Shown: piece after piece, positions 17,401 to 26,169 of the stretch | How the letters are laid out: every line of letters begins with the position of its first letter | Position numbering within the stretch: position 1 is the stretch's first letter | Assembly: GCA_938074535.1 (NCBI GenBank) | Contig: CALJER010000003.1 | Span: forward strand, 28,626 to 92,625 | Length of the DNA stretch: 64,000 bases | Direction: 5' to 3' | From: an uncultured archaeon | GTDB taxonomy: Archaea; Hadarchaeota; Hadarchaeia; Hadarchaeales; WYZ-LMO6 | Made by a program: the position numbers and the translations under genes | The notes under the pieces: generated by a model | The model's input: the letters and a program-made list of their open reading frames with translations, nothing else | Told to the model about the DNA's origin: nothing | Database searches by the model: none

Positions 17401-19248
17401 CTAGGAGCCCACGAAGATGGGGCGCAGGGAGAGCCTGCTGGGAAGGGACAGGGGACGGTGGGGAAAGCCCTCACAGAGCTTCCTCACCTCCTCCGCGAGC
17501 TCCTCCACCCCGTACTCCCTCACGCCCGAGCCCCTCACCCTCACCGACAGCTTTCCGCTCTCGAGCTCCCTGTCGCCCACCACGGCTATGTAGGGGACCC
17601 ACTCCCTCTCCGCCTCCCTGACCTTCTTGGCCACCGTCCAGCCCCTGTCGTCCACGTCCACCCTCACTCCCTTCCCCTCCAGGGTTCCGGCGTCCCTCAG
17701 GCAGCGCTCCAGGTGGCGGTCGCCCACGGGGACCAGCCTCACCTGGGTGGGGGAGAGCCAGAGGGGCAGGGAGGGTGTCTCTCCCCCCCTCCTCTTCCTC
17801 TCCGCGTTCTCCAGCAGGGCGTAGATCCAGCGCTCTATGGAGCCCATGGAGGAGTGCAGGATCACGCATCCCCTCTTCCTTCCCGCTTCGTCCGTGTACA
17901 GGATCCCGTACCTCTCCGAGTCCTCCAGGTCCAGCTGGACGGTGGAGAGCTGGGAGCTCCCTCCCTGCGGGTCCAGGAACTGGAGCTCGTGCTTCATCAC
18001 CCAGTAGTGCTTCCTCTGGGGGAGGACCTCGACCAGGGCGGGCCTTCCCTCCTCCCTCACCAGCTCCAGCACGAACTCCCTTTGCTCCCTGTAGAACTCC
18101 TCCTCCGCCCTGAACACCAGGGCATAGGGGAGCTCCATCCGGCGCAGGGGTTCAAGGAAGAGGCGGAAGAGGAGACGGTACTCCTGCAGGGCCTGGGGCA
18201 GGTCGGAGCAGAAGCAGTGGAGGTCGGGCATGGTGAAGGAGCGCAGCCGCTTGAGCCCCACGCACTCCCCGCTCTGCTCCAGCCTGAAGGAGGGGGAGAG
18301 CTCAAAGACGCGGAGGGGCAGCTGCCTGTAGCTGAGCTGGGCCTCCTTCATCATCCTGAAGAGGCCGAAGTCGCCCGCGAACCTCAGCAGGAGGGTCTTC
18401 CCCGGGAGCTTCACCCTGTAGTCCTTGGCCAGGAACCTGGCGGCCTGGGCTCCCACGTCCTTCTCCTCCAGCCTGTACAGGAGGGGGGTCTGGATGAAGA
18501 GGGCCCCCACGCTCCTGGCGAGCTGGGCGGCGTAGTCCTCCAGCAGGGACTTGAGGAGCTCGCCCTTCGGGTAGAAGCGGAAGTGCCCCACGTCGCTGGC
18601 AGGCTCGTAGTCCACCAGCTCCAGCCTGCGCATGAGGGAGAGGTGGGCGGGCTCCTCCCCGGCCCCCCCTCCCCTCTCGGCGAGCAGGTACTGTTTGAGA
18701 AGGGGGTTCTCCCCCAGCAGCCTGCAGGCCTCGAGATCCTCCGGGTTCACCTCCTCCTCCTCACCGCCGGGGGAAAGGACCACGAGCCTGCCCTCCTCTT
18801 CCTCCCCCCGAGGGGGGGCGGAGGGCTCTGGGGAAATCACCCTGGAGAGCTCGCTCAGGGGGTGGCCCTTGCACCTCAGGGTGAAGGCCTTGTACCATCC
18901 GAAGGGGACGTGCAGGACCTCCAGTCCTTCCTCCGACAGCCTCTCCCTCATCCCCTTCAGCACCCGCACGGCCACCTCGGGGGAGGAGAGGGAGGGACTG
19001 AGGTGGGCGTAGGGGTAGACCGCCACCCTCCTCACCCCCAGCCTCCCGCAAAGGTCCAGGATCTCCTCCGAGGCCCTGGAGACCACCGCCTCCGCGTTCT
19101 TCCCGTCCTCCTCCTCCACGGCGGTGAAGGCCACCAGCACCTCCTCCGCCCTACCCTCCCTCTTCCCCTCCTCCACCTCCTCCGCGGCGGGGGTCCGCTG
19201 GAGGGCCCTGAACTCCAGCAGGTCGGCGTGGATCAGGAGCAGGCGCAT
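17401..19248 (-). CDS. thrS: Threonine--tRNA ligase, archaeal type with N-terminal editing domain
   Basis: MRLLLIH, YPYAHLS, PFGWYKAF..CKGHPLSELSR, FRLEQSGE, GSIER and PTQVR anticodon domain. Confidence 0.95.
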   Translation of the reverse strand: MRLLLIHADLLEFRALQRTPAAEEVEEGKREGRAEEVLVAFTAVEEEDGKNAEAVVSRASEEILDLCGRLGVRRVAVYPYAHLSPSLSSPEVAVRVLKGMRERLSEEGLEVLHVPFGWYKAFTLRCKGHPLSELSRVISPEPSAPPRGEEEEGRLVVLSPGGEEEEVNPEDLEACRLLGENPLLKQYLLAERGGGAGEEPAHLSLMRRLELVDYEPASDVGHFRFYPKGELLKSLLEDYAAQLARSVGALFIQTPLLYRLEEKDVGAQAARFLAKDYRVKLPGKTLLLRFAGDFGLFRMMKEAQLSYRQLPLRVFELSPSFRLEQSGECVGLKRLRSFTMPDLHCFCSDLPQALQEYRLLFRLFLEPLRRMELPYALVFRAEEEFYREQREFVLELVREEGRPALVEVLPQRKHYWVMKHELQFLDPQGGSSQLSTVQLDLEDSERYGILYTDEAGRKRGCVILHSSMGSIERWIYALLENAERKRRGGETPSLPLWLSPTQVRLVPVGDRHLERCLRDAGTLEGKGVRVDVDDRGWTVAKKVREAEREWVPYIAVVGDRELESGKLSVRVRGSGVREYGVEELAEEVRKLCEGFPHRPLSLPSRLSLRPIFVGS

Positions 19249-19310
19249 CCCGGCACCGGCAGGAGTTCCCGGGAAGGAATATTTACTTATCGGCCCGACC
19301 AAGCCTGAAG

Positions 19311-20465
19311 ATGGCGGGAGGAAGGAAGAAAGGAGAGGTGCCGGTGATCGGGCTGGAGTGCCTCTCCTGCGGGCACGCCGAGTACCAGATGTCCTCGCTG
19401 GGGCTGGGGGAGCTGCTGAAGGGGAGGTGCCCCAGGTGCGGGGGCGACCTGGCGGTGACGGGGAAGGAACTCCCGAAGGAGTGGGGGGAGGTGCTCTCGG
19501 TGCTGGAGAGGGAGTTCTCGGTGGTGGACTTCGTGCTGGGGAGGGAAGGGGGGGAGTTCGAGGTGGAGGCCGGACCAGGTTCCTCCTTTCCCAGGCTGCT
19601 GCGCGGGCTGAGGTCCCTGGGAAAGGTGGGCGCCCTGCGGAGGAGGGGAGGTGCCCTCTACCTCAGGGTCCTCTCCCTTCCGCCCAGGAGGGAAGGGAGG
19701 CCCTACCTCCCCCTGCTGCTCCTGGGTTTAACGCTCCTCTCCACCCTCGGGTTCAGCTACCTCTTCCTCTTCGGTGAAGCGGTGGAGGCCCTCCTCTTCT
19801 CCGTGAGCCTGATGGCGATCCTGGCCTCCCACGAGCTCGGGCACGGGCTCGCCGCCAGGAGGAACGGGGTGGAGGCCTCCCCTCCCTACTTCATCCCGGC
19901 ACCCACCTACCTGGGCACGCTGGGGGCGGTGGTGAGGGTGAGGAGCCCCATTCCCACCAGGGACGCGCTGGTGGAGATGGGGGCCTCTGGACCCCTCCTG
20001 GGCTTCGCCGTCGCCCTCCTGGTCAGCTCCGTGGGGCTGGCGCTGGGAGGAGCGGGAGGAGCCCGGCTCTTCACCACCCCCATCCTTCTCCTCCTGAGGT
20101 CCGCGCTGGGAGGGGGGCTGGACAACCCGCTCGTCCTCTCGGGCTCGGTGATGATGGTCATAACCTTCCTGAACCTCCTGCCCGCGGGGCAGCTGGACGG
20201 GGGGCACTTGGCCAGGGGGCTCCTGAGCGCCGAGGGCCACAGCACCCTCACCAGGGGGATGGGCCTGGGCCTGCTCTTCTCCGGCCTGCTGCTCCCCGGC
20301 TATCCCTTCTGGATCTGGGGCCTCCTCATCCTGCTCTTCTTCGGGCGCCCCCACGCTGGGGTGCTGGACGACCTTTCTCCCCTCTCCTCCTCCCACCGCC
20401 TCCTGGCCTTCTCGACCTTCCTCCTCCTGCCCCTCACCTTCCCCCTCCCCGGGGTGCCGGCATGA
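19311..20465 (+). CDS. Site-2 protease (M50) with N-terminal Zn ribbon
   Basis: HELGH, GASGP, NLLPAGQLDGGH, and CLSC..CPRC. Start codon uncertain. Confidence 0.9.
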   Translation: MAGGRKKGEVPVIGLECLSCGHAEYQMSSLGLGELLKGRCPRCGGDLAVTGKELPKEWGEVLSVLEREFSVVDFVLGREGGEFEVEAGPGSSFPRLLRGLRSLGKVGALRRRGGALYLRVLSLPPRREGRPYLPLLLLGLTLLSTLGFSYLFLFGEAVEALLFSVSLMAILASHELGHGLAARRNGVEASPPYFIPAPTYLGTLGAVVRVRSPIPTRDALVEMGASGPLLGFAVALLVSSVGLALGGAGGARLFTTPILLLLRSALGGGLDNPLVLSGSVMMVITFLNLLPAGQLDGGHLARGLLSAEGHSTLTRGMGLGLLFSGLLLPGYPFWIWGLLILLFFGRPHAGVLDDLSPLSSSHRLLAFSTFLLLPLTFPLPGVPA

Positions 20466-21049
20466 GGGGAAGGCTGCTGTGCGTGGAGGGTCTGGATGGC
20501 TGCGGCAAGAGCACCCAAACCTCGCTGCTGGTGAGGTGGCTGCGCTCCCTGGGGTACAGGGTCCTGCGCACGGCCGAGCCCACCCGGGGGCCCGTGGGAA
20601 GGCTGATCAGGAGGGGGCTGAGGGAGGGCATGCCCGCGGAGGTGGAGGCCCTCCTCTTCGCCGCCGACCGCATGGAGCACGCCTCCCGCGTGGTCCTGCC
20701 CGCCCTCAGGAGGGGCGGGATGGTGGTGAGCGAGAGGGGCCTCTACTCCTCCATCGCCTACCAGTGCGCCAGGGGGCTGAGGGAGGAGTGGGTGAGGGAG
20801 ATCAACAGGTTCTCCCCCCTTCCAGGTCTGACCCTCTTCCTCGACCTCCCTCCCGAGGAGTGCCTGAGGAGGATGGGGGGGAAGGACCTGGACCTCTTCG
20901 AGAGGGACCTTTCGTTCCAGAGGAGGGTGAGGAGGAAGTACCTGGAGCTGGCCGTCAGGGGTGAGGTGGAGAGGGTGGAGGGAAGGGGGTCGGTGGAGGA
21001 GGTGCAGGGGAGGATGAGGGAGAGGGTCCTCCGCTGGCTGGGGAGGTGA
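20462..21049 (+). CDS. tmk: Thymidylate kinase
   Basis: EGLDGCGKST, LLFAADR and SSIAYQ. Confidence 0.93.
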   Translation: MRGRLLCVEGLDGCGKSTQTSLLVRWLRSLGYRVLRTAEPTRGPVGRLIRRGLREGMPAEVEALLFAADRMEHASRVVLPALRRGGMVVSERGLYSSIAYQCARGLREEWVREINRFSPLPGLTLFLDLPPEECLRRMGGKDLDLFERDLSFQRRVRRKYLELAVRGEVERVEGRGSVEEVQGRMRERVLRWLGR

Positions 21050-21052
21050 GGG

Positions 21053-22405
21053 ATGGTCCTGGAGAAGCTGGGGAAGGCCCTGCACGGGGCGCTCCAGAAG
21101 CTGGCCAGGGCCCCGCACGTGGACGAGGAGACGGTGAGGGAGCTGGTGAGGGACCTGCAGAGGGCCCTCCTGCAGGCGGACGTGAACGTCCAGCTGGTCC
21201 TGGACCTGACGAGGAGGCTGGAGGAGCGCCTGAGGAAGGAGAGCCCTCCCCCCGGCATGAGCAGGAGGGAGCACGCGGTGAAGCTGGTTTACGAGGAGCT
21301 CTCCGGTCTGCTGGGGAAGCCCTCCTCCTTCGAGCTGAAGAAGGGGGCCCCCACGGTGGTCCTGATGGTGGGTCTGCAGGGGAGCGGGAAGACCACCTCC
21401 GTGGCGAAGCTGGCCTACCACTTCAGGAAGAGGGGCCTCAGGGTGGGGGTGGTGTGCGCCGACACCTTCAGGGCGGGGGCCTACGAGCAGCTCTCGCAGC
21501 TGGGGCAGAGGGCGGGGGTGGAGGTGTGGGGGGAGCCCGGGGCCGACGATCCCGTGGCGCTGGCCAGAAGGGGGGTGGAGGAGCTGGGGAGGAGGTGCGA
21601 TCTGGTCCTGGTGGACTCGGCGGGGAGGCACAAGGAGGAGAAGGGACTGATGGAGGAGATGAGGAGGATGGCGGAGGCGATCGGGCCGGACGAGGTCATG
21701 CTGGTGGTGGACGGCACGCTGGGCCAGCAGGCCAGGGACCAGGCGGAGGCTTTCAGGAAGGTCACCCCTCTGGGCTCCATCCTGGTGACCAAGCTGGACG
21801 GAACGGCCAAGGGGGGAGGGGCCCTCTCGGCGGTGGCGGCCACCGGAGCCCCCATCAAGTTCATAGGGACGGGGGAGCACCTGGAGGACCTGGAGCCCTT
21901 CTCCCCCCCCAGGTTCATGGCCAGGCTCCTGGGGATGGGCGACCTGGAGACCTTCCTGAGGAGGGTGGAGGAGACGATGGGGGAGAGGGGGGAGGAGGGG
22001 GTGAGGGAGGCCCTCAGGGGGAAGCTCACCCTGAGAACGGTCTACGAGCAGCTGGAGGCCATGAGCAAAATGGGTCCCCTGAGGAAGATCGCCGGCCTCA
22101 TCCCAGGGCTGGGAGTTTCCCTCTCGGAGGATCAGCTCAGGGTGGGGGAGGAAAAGCTGAAGCGCTTCAGGGTGATCATGCAGTCCATGACCCCCCAGGA
22201 GCTGGACAACCCCGAGATCCTGAACGCCTCCAGGATCAGGAGGGTGGCGAAGGGCTCGGGGACGAGCGAGGCCGAGGTGAGGGAGCTCCTGAAGCAGTAC
22301 GAGCTCATGAGGAGAATGCTGAAGACCCTGGGGAAGGGCAGGCTCCCCAGGGCCGGCCCGCTGGGGAAGCTGGTGAGGGAGCTGGAGAGGGAGAAGAGGG
22401 GATAG
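21053..22405 (+). CDS. srp54: Signal recognition particle protein Srp54
   Basis: GLQGSGKTT, DSAGRH, TKLDGTAKGGGALS, and M domain SRIRRVAKGSG. Confidence 0.97.
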   Translation: MVLEKLGKALHGALQKLARAPHVDEETVRELVRDLQRALLQADVNVQLVLDLTRRLEERLRKESPPPGMSRREHAVKLVYEELSGLLGKPSSFELKKGAPTVVLMVGLQGSGKTTSVAKLAYHFRKRGLRVGVVCADTFRAGAYEQLSQLGQRAGVEVWGEPGADDPVALARRGVEELGRRCDLVLVDSAGRHKEEKGLMEEMRRMAEAIGPDEVMLVVDGTLGQQARDQAEAFRKVTPLGSILVTKLDGTAKGGGALSAVAATGAPIKFIGTGEHLEDLEPFSPPRFMARLLGMGDLETFLRRVEETMGERGEEGVREALRGKLTLRTVYEQLEAMSKMGPLRKIAGLIPGLGVSLSEDQLRVGEEKLKRFRVIMQSMTPQELDNPEILNASRIRRVAKGSGTSEAEVRELLKQYELMRRMLKTLGKGRLPRAGPLGKLVRELEREKRG

Positions 22406-22465
22406 CTTTTTGAGGTCCCCGGCTCCACTCTCTCCGGTGGGAAGCTGACCAAGGCCAGGAAGAAG

Positions 22466-22711
22466 ATGTCGAAGAGGAGGGGAGAGGCGGTCACGGCCGG
22501 GAGGATGATGGGAGGGTTCGAGGAGGGGGAAAGGGTGGTGCTCAAGATAGAGCCAAGCGTGCAGAAGGGAAGGCCCCACCCGCGCTACCAGGGGAGGGTG
22601 GGAGTGGTGAGGGGGAGGAGGGGGAGAGCGTACGAGGTGGAGATCACGGACGGGGGCAAAATGAAAAGAATTATTACGCTGCCGGAGCACCTCAGGAAGG
22701 TGGGCCCATGA
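22466..22711 (+). CDS. rpl21e: 50S ribosomal protein L21e (true start possibly CTG 22445)
   Basis: FEEGERV..IEPSVQKGRPHPRYQGRVGVV..PEHL. Conserved position before rpo4. Confidence 0.92.
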   Translation: MSKRRGEAVTAGRMMGGFEEGERVVLKIEPSVQKGRPHPRYQGRVGVVRGRRGRAYEVEITDGGKMKRIITLPEHLRKVGP

Positions 22712-23046
22712 TAGGTTCGGGAGTGGTTTCGGAGAGGCCTGTCACCCTGGCCGAGGTCCTGCAGGTGCTGGAGGGAATAAAGAAGGAGAGGGAGCTCAGG
22801 TACGAGCAGCGCCTGGACTACGACTACGCCCAGAAGTTCGTCAGGGTGAAGCCCGAGGAGGCCGCGAAGCTGGTGGAGGAGCTGGTGAAGACCTTCGAGC
22901 TCAGGGAGGCCGCCGCGGTGCAGCTGGTGGACCTCATGCCGGAGAGGGCGGAGGAGGTGGAGCTCCTGCTCTCCAAGGAGAGGAGGAGGCTCACCCCGGA
23001 GGAGATAGGGAAGCTCCTGGAGTTGCTGAACCAGCACAGGAAGTGA
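22708..23046 (+). CDS. rpo4: RNA polymerase subunit Rpo4 (RpoF)
   Basis: LRYEQ..DYAQKF, QLVDLMP; follows L21e. Confidence 0.88.
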   Translation: MIGSGVVSERPVTLAEVLQVLEGIKKERELRYEQRLDYDYAQKFVRVKPEEAAKLVEELVKTFELREAAAVQLVDLMPERAEEVELLLSKERRRLTPEEIGKLLELLNQHRK

Positions 23047-23059
23047 GGAAGGGAGGTCT

Positions 23060-23662
23060 TTGGCCCAGAAGAAGTTTGAGGATTATGGGATAGTCCTGGA
23101 CTTCCTCCCCCAGGGCCACCCCAACGACCCCAGGCCCGTCCACCTGAGGGAGCCCGTGGTTCAGCTGCTGGGGGAGGACTTCTTCACCCTGCTGGAGGTG
23201 GTGCCCAAGAAGGAGGCGAGGTTCGAGCCGGGGGAGAGGGTGTTCATAGGGAAGGGGGAGAGGGAGAAGGTGGAGAGGATCAGGAGGAGGATCGGGTACG
23301 GGGAGCTCACTTCTGCGGCCAGGTCCGAGCTGCCCATCGCGGTGAGGCGCCTGGTGGAGGGTCATCCGGAGAGGTTCCTGGAGTTCTTCAACAAGGCCGG
23401 CCCCGTCACCACCAGGTTCCACCAGCTGGAGCTCATCCCCGGAATAGGGAAGAAGCTCATGTGGAGCATCCTGGAGGAGAGGGAGAAGGCCCCCTTCTCC
23501 AGCCTGGGGGACCTGAAGGAGAGGGTGAAGGGCCTGGGAGACCTAAGGGAGATGATCGCGAACAGGATCGTGCGTGAGCTCCAGGGGGAGGACAGGTACA
23601 GGATCTTCGTCAGGCCCCCCTCCAGGAAGGCCGAGGAGGAGGAAGAGGAGAGGAAGCCCTGA
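23060..23662 (+). CDS. DUF655 OB-fold/HhH nucleic-acid-binding protein
   Basis: VLDFLPQG, FTLLE, and HQLELIPGIGKK; conserved position after rpo4. Confidence 0.88.
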   Translation: MAQKKFEDYGIVLDFLPQGHPNDPRPVHLREPVVQLLGEDFFTLLEVVPKKEARFEPGERVFIGKGEREKVERIRRRIGYGELTSAARSELPIAVRRLVEGHPERFLEFFNKAGPVTTRFHQLELIPGIGKKLMWSILEEREKAPFSSLGDLKERVKGLGDLREMIANRIVRELQGEDRYRIFVRPPSRKAEEEEEERKP

Positions 23663-23710
23663 GGGCCCAGGCTGGGCCGGGCCGGGGGAACGGTTGCCCG
23701 CCGAGAAGGT

Positions 23711-23974
23711 TCACTCCCGCACGGTCTCCAGCAGGCTCAGGAGGTTCCAGATGGAGGTCCTGGCATGCATGGGAATGTTGGGGTCGTTGCTGGCCTCCTC
23801 CAGCATGCTGGCGGCGAGGGCGGCCCTGACGGAGGGCTCCTCCCCCTTCTTCATCAGGGTCTCCTTCGCCTGGGTGGCGAGCCTCCTGATGTTCCTGGGC
23901 ACCGAGGGGTCTCCCGCCAGGTTCGAGAGCAGCTCGCTGGCTTTCCTGAGCTTCGCCTCTGTCTCGGAGGACAA
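23711..23974 (-). CDS. UPF0147 family protein
   Basis: DPSVPRNIRR and DPNIPMHART. Confidence 0.9.
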   Translation of the reverse strand: MSSETEAKLRKASELLSNLAGDPSVPRNIRRLATQAKETLMKKGEEPSVRAALAASMLEEASNDPNIPMHARTSIWNLLSLLETVRE

Positions 23975-24025
23975 GGGACATCACCACCGATAATAAGGTG
24001 GGAGGGTTAAAAGAGGAGGGGGTGG

Positions 24026-24325
24026 ATGCCGGAGAAGAAAATCGACAAGGCGGTGGAGGCCCTCTTCTCGGGCGCCAGGATGCTTTCCATCCACTGCGCG
24101 GAGTGCAGGGGTCCCCTCTTCGAGAAGGACGGAAAGGTCTTCTGCCCCACCTGCGGGGTGAGGGGAGGGGAGGCCCCGGACGAGGGACTGGAGGGGACGC
24201 TGAGGAGGAAGCTGGAGGAGCTGAAAGCCAGGCTGGAGACGGAAAAAGATCACGAGCAGCTCATGAGGACCCTGAAGGAGATCGATGCACTCGTGGAGGT
24301 GCTGAGGAAGCTGAGGAGTACCTGA
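24026..24325 (+). CDS. UPF0148 / autoantigen p27-like Zn-ribbon protein
   Basis: GARMLSIHCAEC..PLF..GKVFCPTC followed by a coiled coil. Confidence 0.85.
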   Translation: MPEKKIDKAVEALFSGARMLSIHCAECRGPLFEKDGKVFCPTCGVRGGEAPDEGLEGTLRRKLEELKARLETEKDHEQLMRTLKEIDALVEVLRKLRST

Positions 24326-24352
24326 GGTCCTGAGTGTGGAGGGTGTGCTGCC

Positions 24353-24967
24353 TCACTTCCTCAGGAGCCCGTCCACCTCTTCGTCCGTGAGCTCCGCGTA
24401 TCCCCTCTCGTCCACGACCGAGACCACCACCTTGTCACCGGTGGCCGCGTCCCTCTCTATGGCGGTTCTTATGGCATCCACCGCCAGCTTCTTCCCCTCC
24501 TGAAGGCTCAGTTCCTTCCTGTAGTTCTTTTCCAGCACCCCGTAGGCCACCTGGGCTCCGGTCCCTCCCGCGTAGAAGTCCTCCTCCTCCACCCTCCCTC
24601 CGAGCGGGTCCAGGGTGAGGAGGGAGACCTTTCCCTCCTCCAGGCCGCAGAGGACACCTTCCAGCAGGTAGGGGTACCACCTCCTGCTCTGGAGCACGTT
24701 GGAGGCCACCTGTGCCAGTCCCCTCGTGGAGATGGACCTTCCGTGCTCCAGCCTGTAGAGGTTCGCCTCCGCCTGCAGGAGGCTCACCAGGGTCTGGATG
24801 TCCCCGGGAGCCCCCGAGAAGGCGGCCCCTATCCTCTCCTCCAGCCTGAAGAGCTTGCGGGCCCTCTTGCTGAGCACCAGGTAGTAACCCACGGCCCTGG
24901 TGTCGGAGGCCAGCACGGCCCCCCCCTCCGTCTTGAGGCCCACGATGGTCCCCGCGAAGTACTCCAT
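24353..24967 (-). CDS. psmB: Proteasome beta subunit, probably a non-catalytic paralog
   Basis: IVGLK..VLASDTRA, LDPLGG, GTGAQVAYGVLE and ERDAATGD. Gly occupies the Thr1 position. Confidence 0.9.
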   Translation of the reverse strand: MEYFAGTIVGLKTEGGAVLASDTRAVGYYLVLSKRARKLFRLEERIGAAFSGAPGDIQTLVSLLQAEANLYRLEHGRSISTRGLAQVASNVLQSRRWYPYLLEGVLCGLEEGKVSLLTLDPLGGRVEEEDFYAGGTGAQVAYGVLEKNYRKELSLQEGKKLAVDAIRTAIERDAATGDKVVVSVVDERGYAELTDEEVDGLLRK

Positions 24968-25007
24968 CCTAACCCTTCGCTCCCCCCCGCTTTTAATCCT
25001 ACCGAAG

Positions 25008-25190
25008 TCCGGCGGAGGTGCGCCCCGGGGAAGCACCCCTTTCGGTGACCCTCCCCCACCGCCGGTTCAAAACGGGCGTAAACCTTCCGGTCCCCGATGT
25101 GGAGAGGGTTGGGGGAGGAACCAGGCAAGTGCTTGCTGAAGGGCGGGGTCTCCGGAGCCCGCCGCTGGAAGTGGCGGATGCACAGCCGGA
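25008..25190 (+). ncRNA. Candidate structured non-coding RNA of unknown family
   Basis: Nested stems TCCGGC/GCCGGA, GTGC/GCAC, AAGCAC/GTGCTT and CCTCCCCCA/TGGGGGAGG plus internal hairpins, lying between two divergent TATA-like boxes. Confidence 0.5.
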
Positions 25191-25224
25191 TATCTCCTTA
25201 AGCAGCTACGCAGAGGAGAGAGGG

Positions 25225-26169
25225 ATGGGGGTGCTGGCGGGTGTGGACCTGGGGGCCTCCAACCTCAGGATGGCCCTCTCGGACGGAAAGAAGCTGCTGG
25301 CGGAGAGAAGGGAGAGGACCCTCCTCACGGACCCCCTCTCCCCCTCCCGCCAGATCTCCTCCCTCCTGCGCTCCATGCTCTCCGGGAGGAGGCTGGAGGG
25401 AATAGGCTTGGCCTGCGTGGGTCCCCTGGACCTGGGGAGGGGGGAGGTGAGGGACTCCCCCAACCTCCCCTTCAGGCGCGTCCCGCTGGTGAGGCCCCTG
25501 GAGGAGGAGTTCGGGGTCCCGGTGGTTTTGATCAACGACTGCTCCGCCGCCGCCGTGGGGGAGAAGGAGTTCGGGGCGGGCAGGGGGGTGGACGACCTGG
25601 TGTACGTGGGGATGGGGACGGGGATAGGGGGAGGGGCCTACGTGGACGGGCACCTCCTGTGGGGGAAGGAGGGAAATGCGGTGGAGATAGGGCACCTGAC
25701 CGTGGATCCGTCGGGAAGGCTGGAGTGCGGTTGCGGGAAAAGGGGGCACTGGGAGGCCTACTGCTCCGGAACGGGTCTCCCCAGGCTGGTGGAGTGGAGG
25801 CTGAAGAGGGGCGAGGGAAAGGAGAGCCCGCTCAGGAGGAGGTGGGAGGAGGACCGGTCGAGCCTGAGGGCGGAGCACCTCTTCGCGGCGGCCAGGGAGG
25901 GAGATGCCTTCGCCCTGAAGGTGCTGGAGGAGGTGGGAAGGCTGAACGGGATAGGCTTCACCGACCTGGTGGAGGCCTACGATCCCGCCCTCCTCACCGT
26001 GGGGGGTTCCGTGGCCCTGAGGAACGCCAGGTGGATCCTCCCGCCGGTGAGGAGGTGGATGAGGGAGAGAGCCTACAACCGTCCCCCCCTCCTGAGGCTC
26101 ACTCCCCTGGGGGAGAGGGCGGGTTTATACGGGGCGGTGGGGCTCATCAGGGAGGAGGTGAGGAGGTGA
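25225..26169 (+). CDS. ROK family sugar kinase (ATP-dependent glucokinase-like)
   Basis: GVDLGAS, NDCSAAAVGE, GTGIGGG, and EIGH..CGCGKRGHWEAYCSG. Confidence 0.92.
   Translation: MGVLAGVDLGASNLRMALSDGKKLLAERRERTLLTDPLSPSRQISSLLRSMLSGRRLEGIGLACVGPLDLGRGEVRDSPNLPFRRVPLVRPLEEEFGVPVVLINDCSAAAVGEKEFGAGRGVDDLVYVGMGTGIGGGAYVDGHLLWGKEGNAVEIGHLTVDPSGRLECGCGKRGHWEAYCSGTGLPRLVEWRLKRGEGKESPLRRRWEEDRSSLRAEHLFAAAREGDAFALKVLEEVGRLNGIGFTDLVEAYDPALLTVGGSVALRNARWILPPVRRWMRERAYNRPPLLRLTPLGERAGLYGAVGLIREEVRR

Noticed and set aside
17392-19308. Long antisense and alternative-frame ORFs (e.g. 17392-19308, 20300-22690, 27327-29381, 50927-52846, 53134-54957)
   Set aside because: These are shadow ORFs caused by high GC and strong codon bias, overlapping well-supported genes and carrying no motifs.
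22403-22465. Pyrrolysine or readthrough fusion of Srp54 to L21e
   Set aside because: The in-frame arrangement has a one-in-three chance, no pyl genes are visible, and a CTG or ATG start explains L21e more simply.
25008-25190. Lysine riboswitch interpretation (starts CGGAGGTGCGCCC)
   Set aside because: It lacks the AGUA/GAA loop-E, the CCGAA junction and the five-way layout, and the downstream gene is a sugar kinase. Kept only as an unknown RNA candidate.
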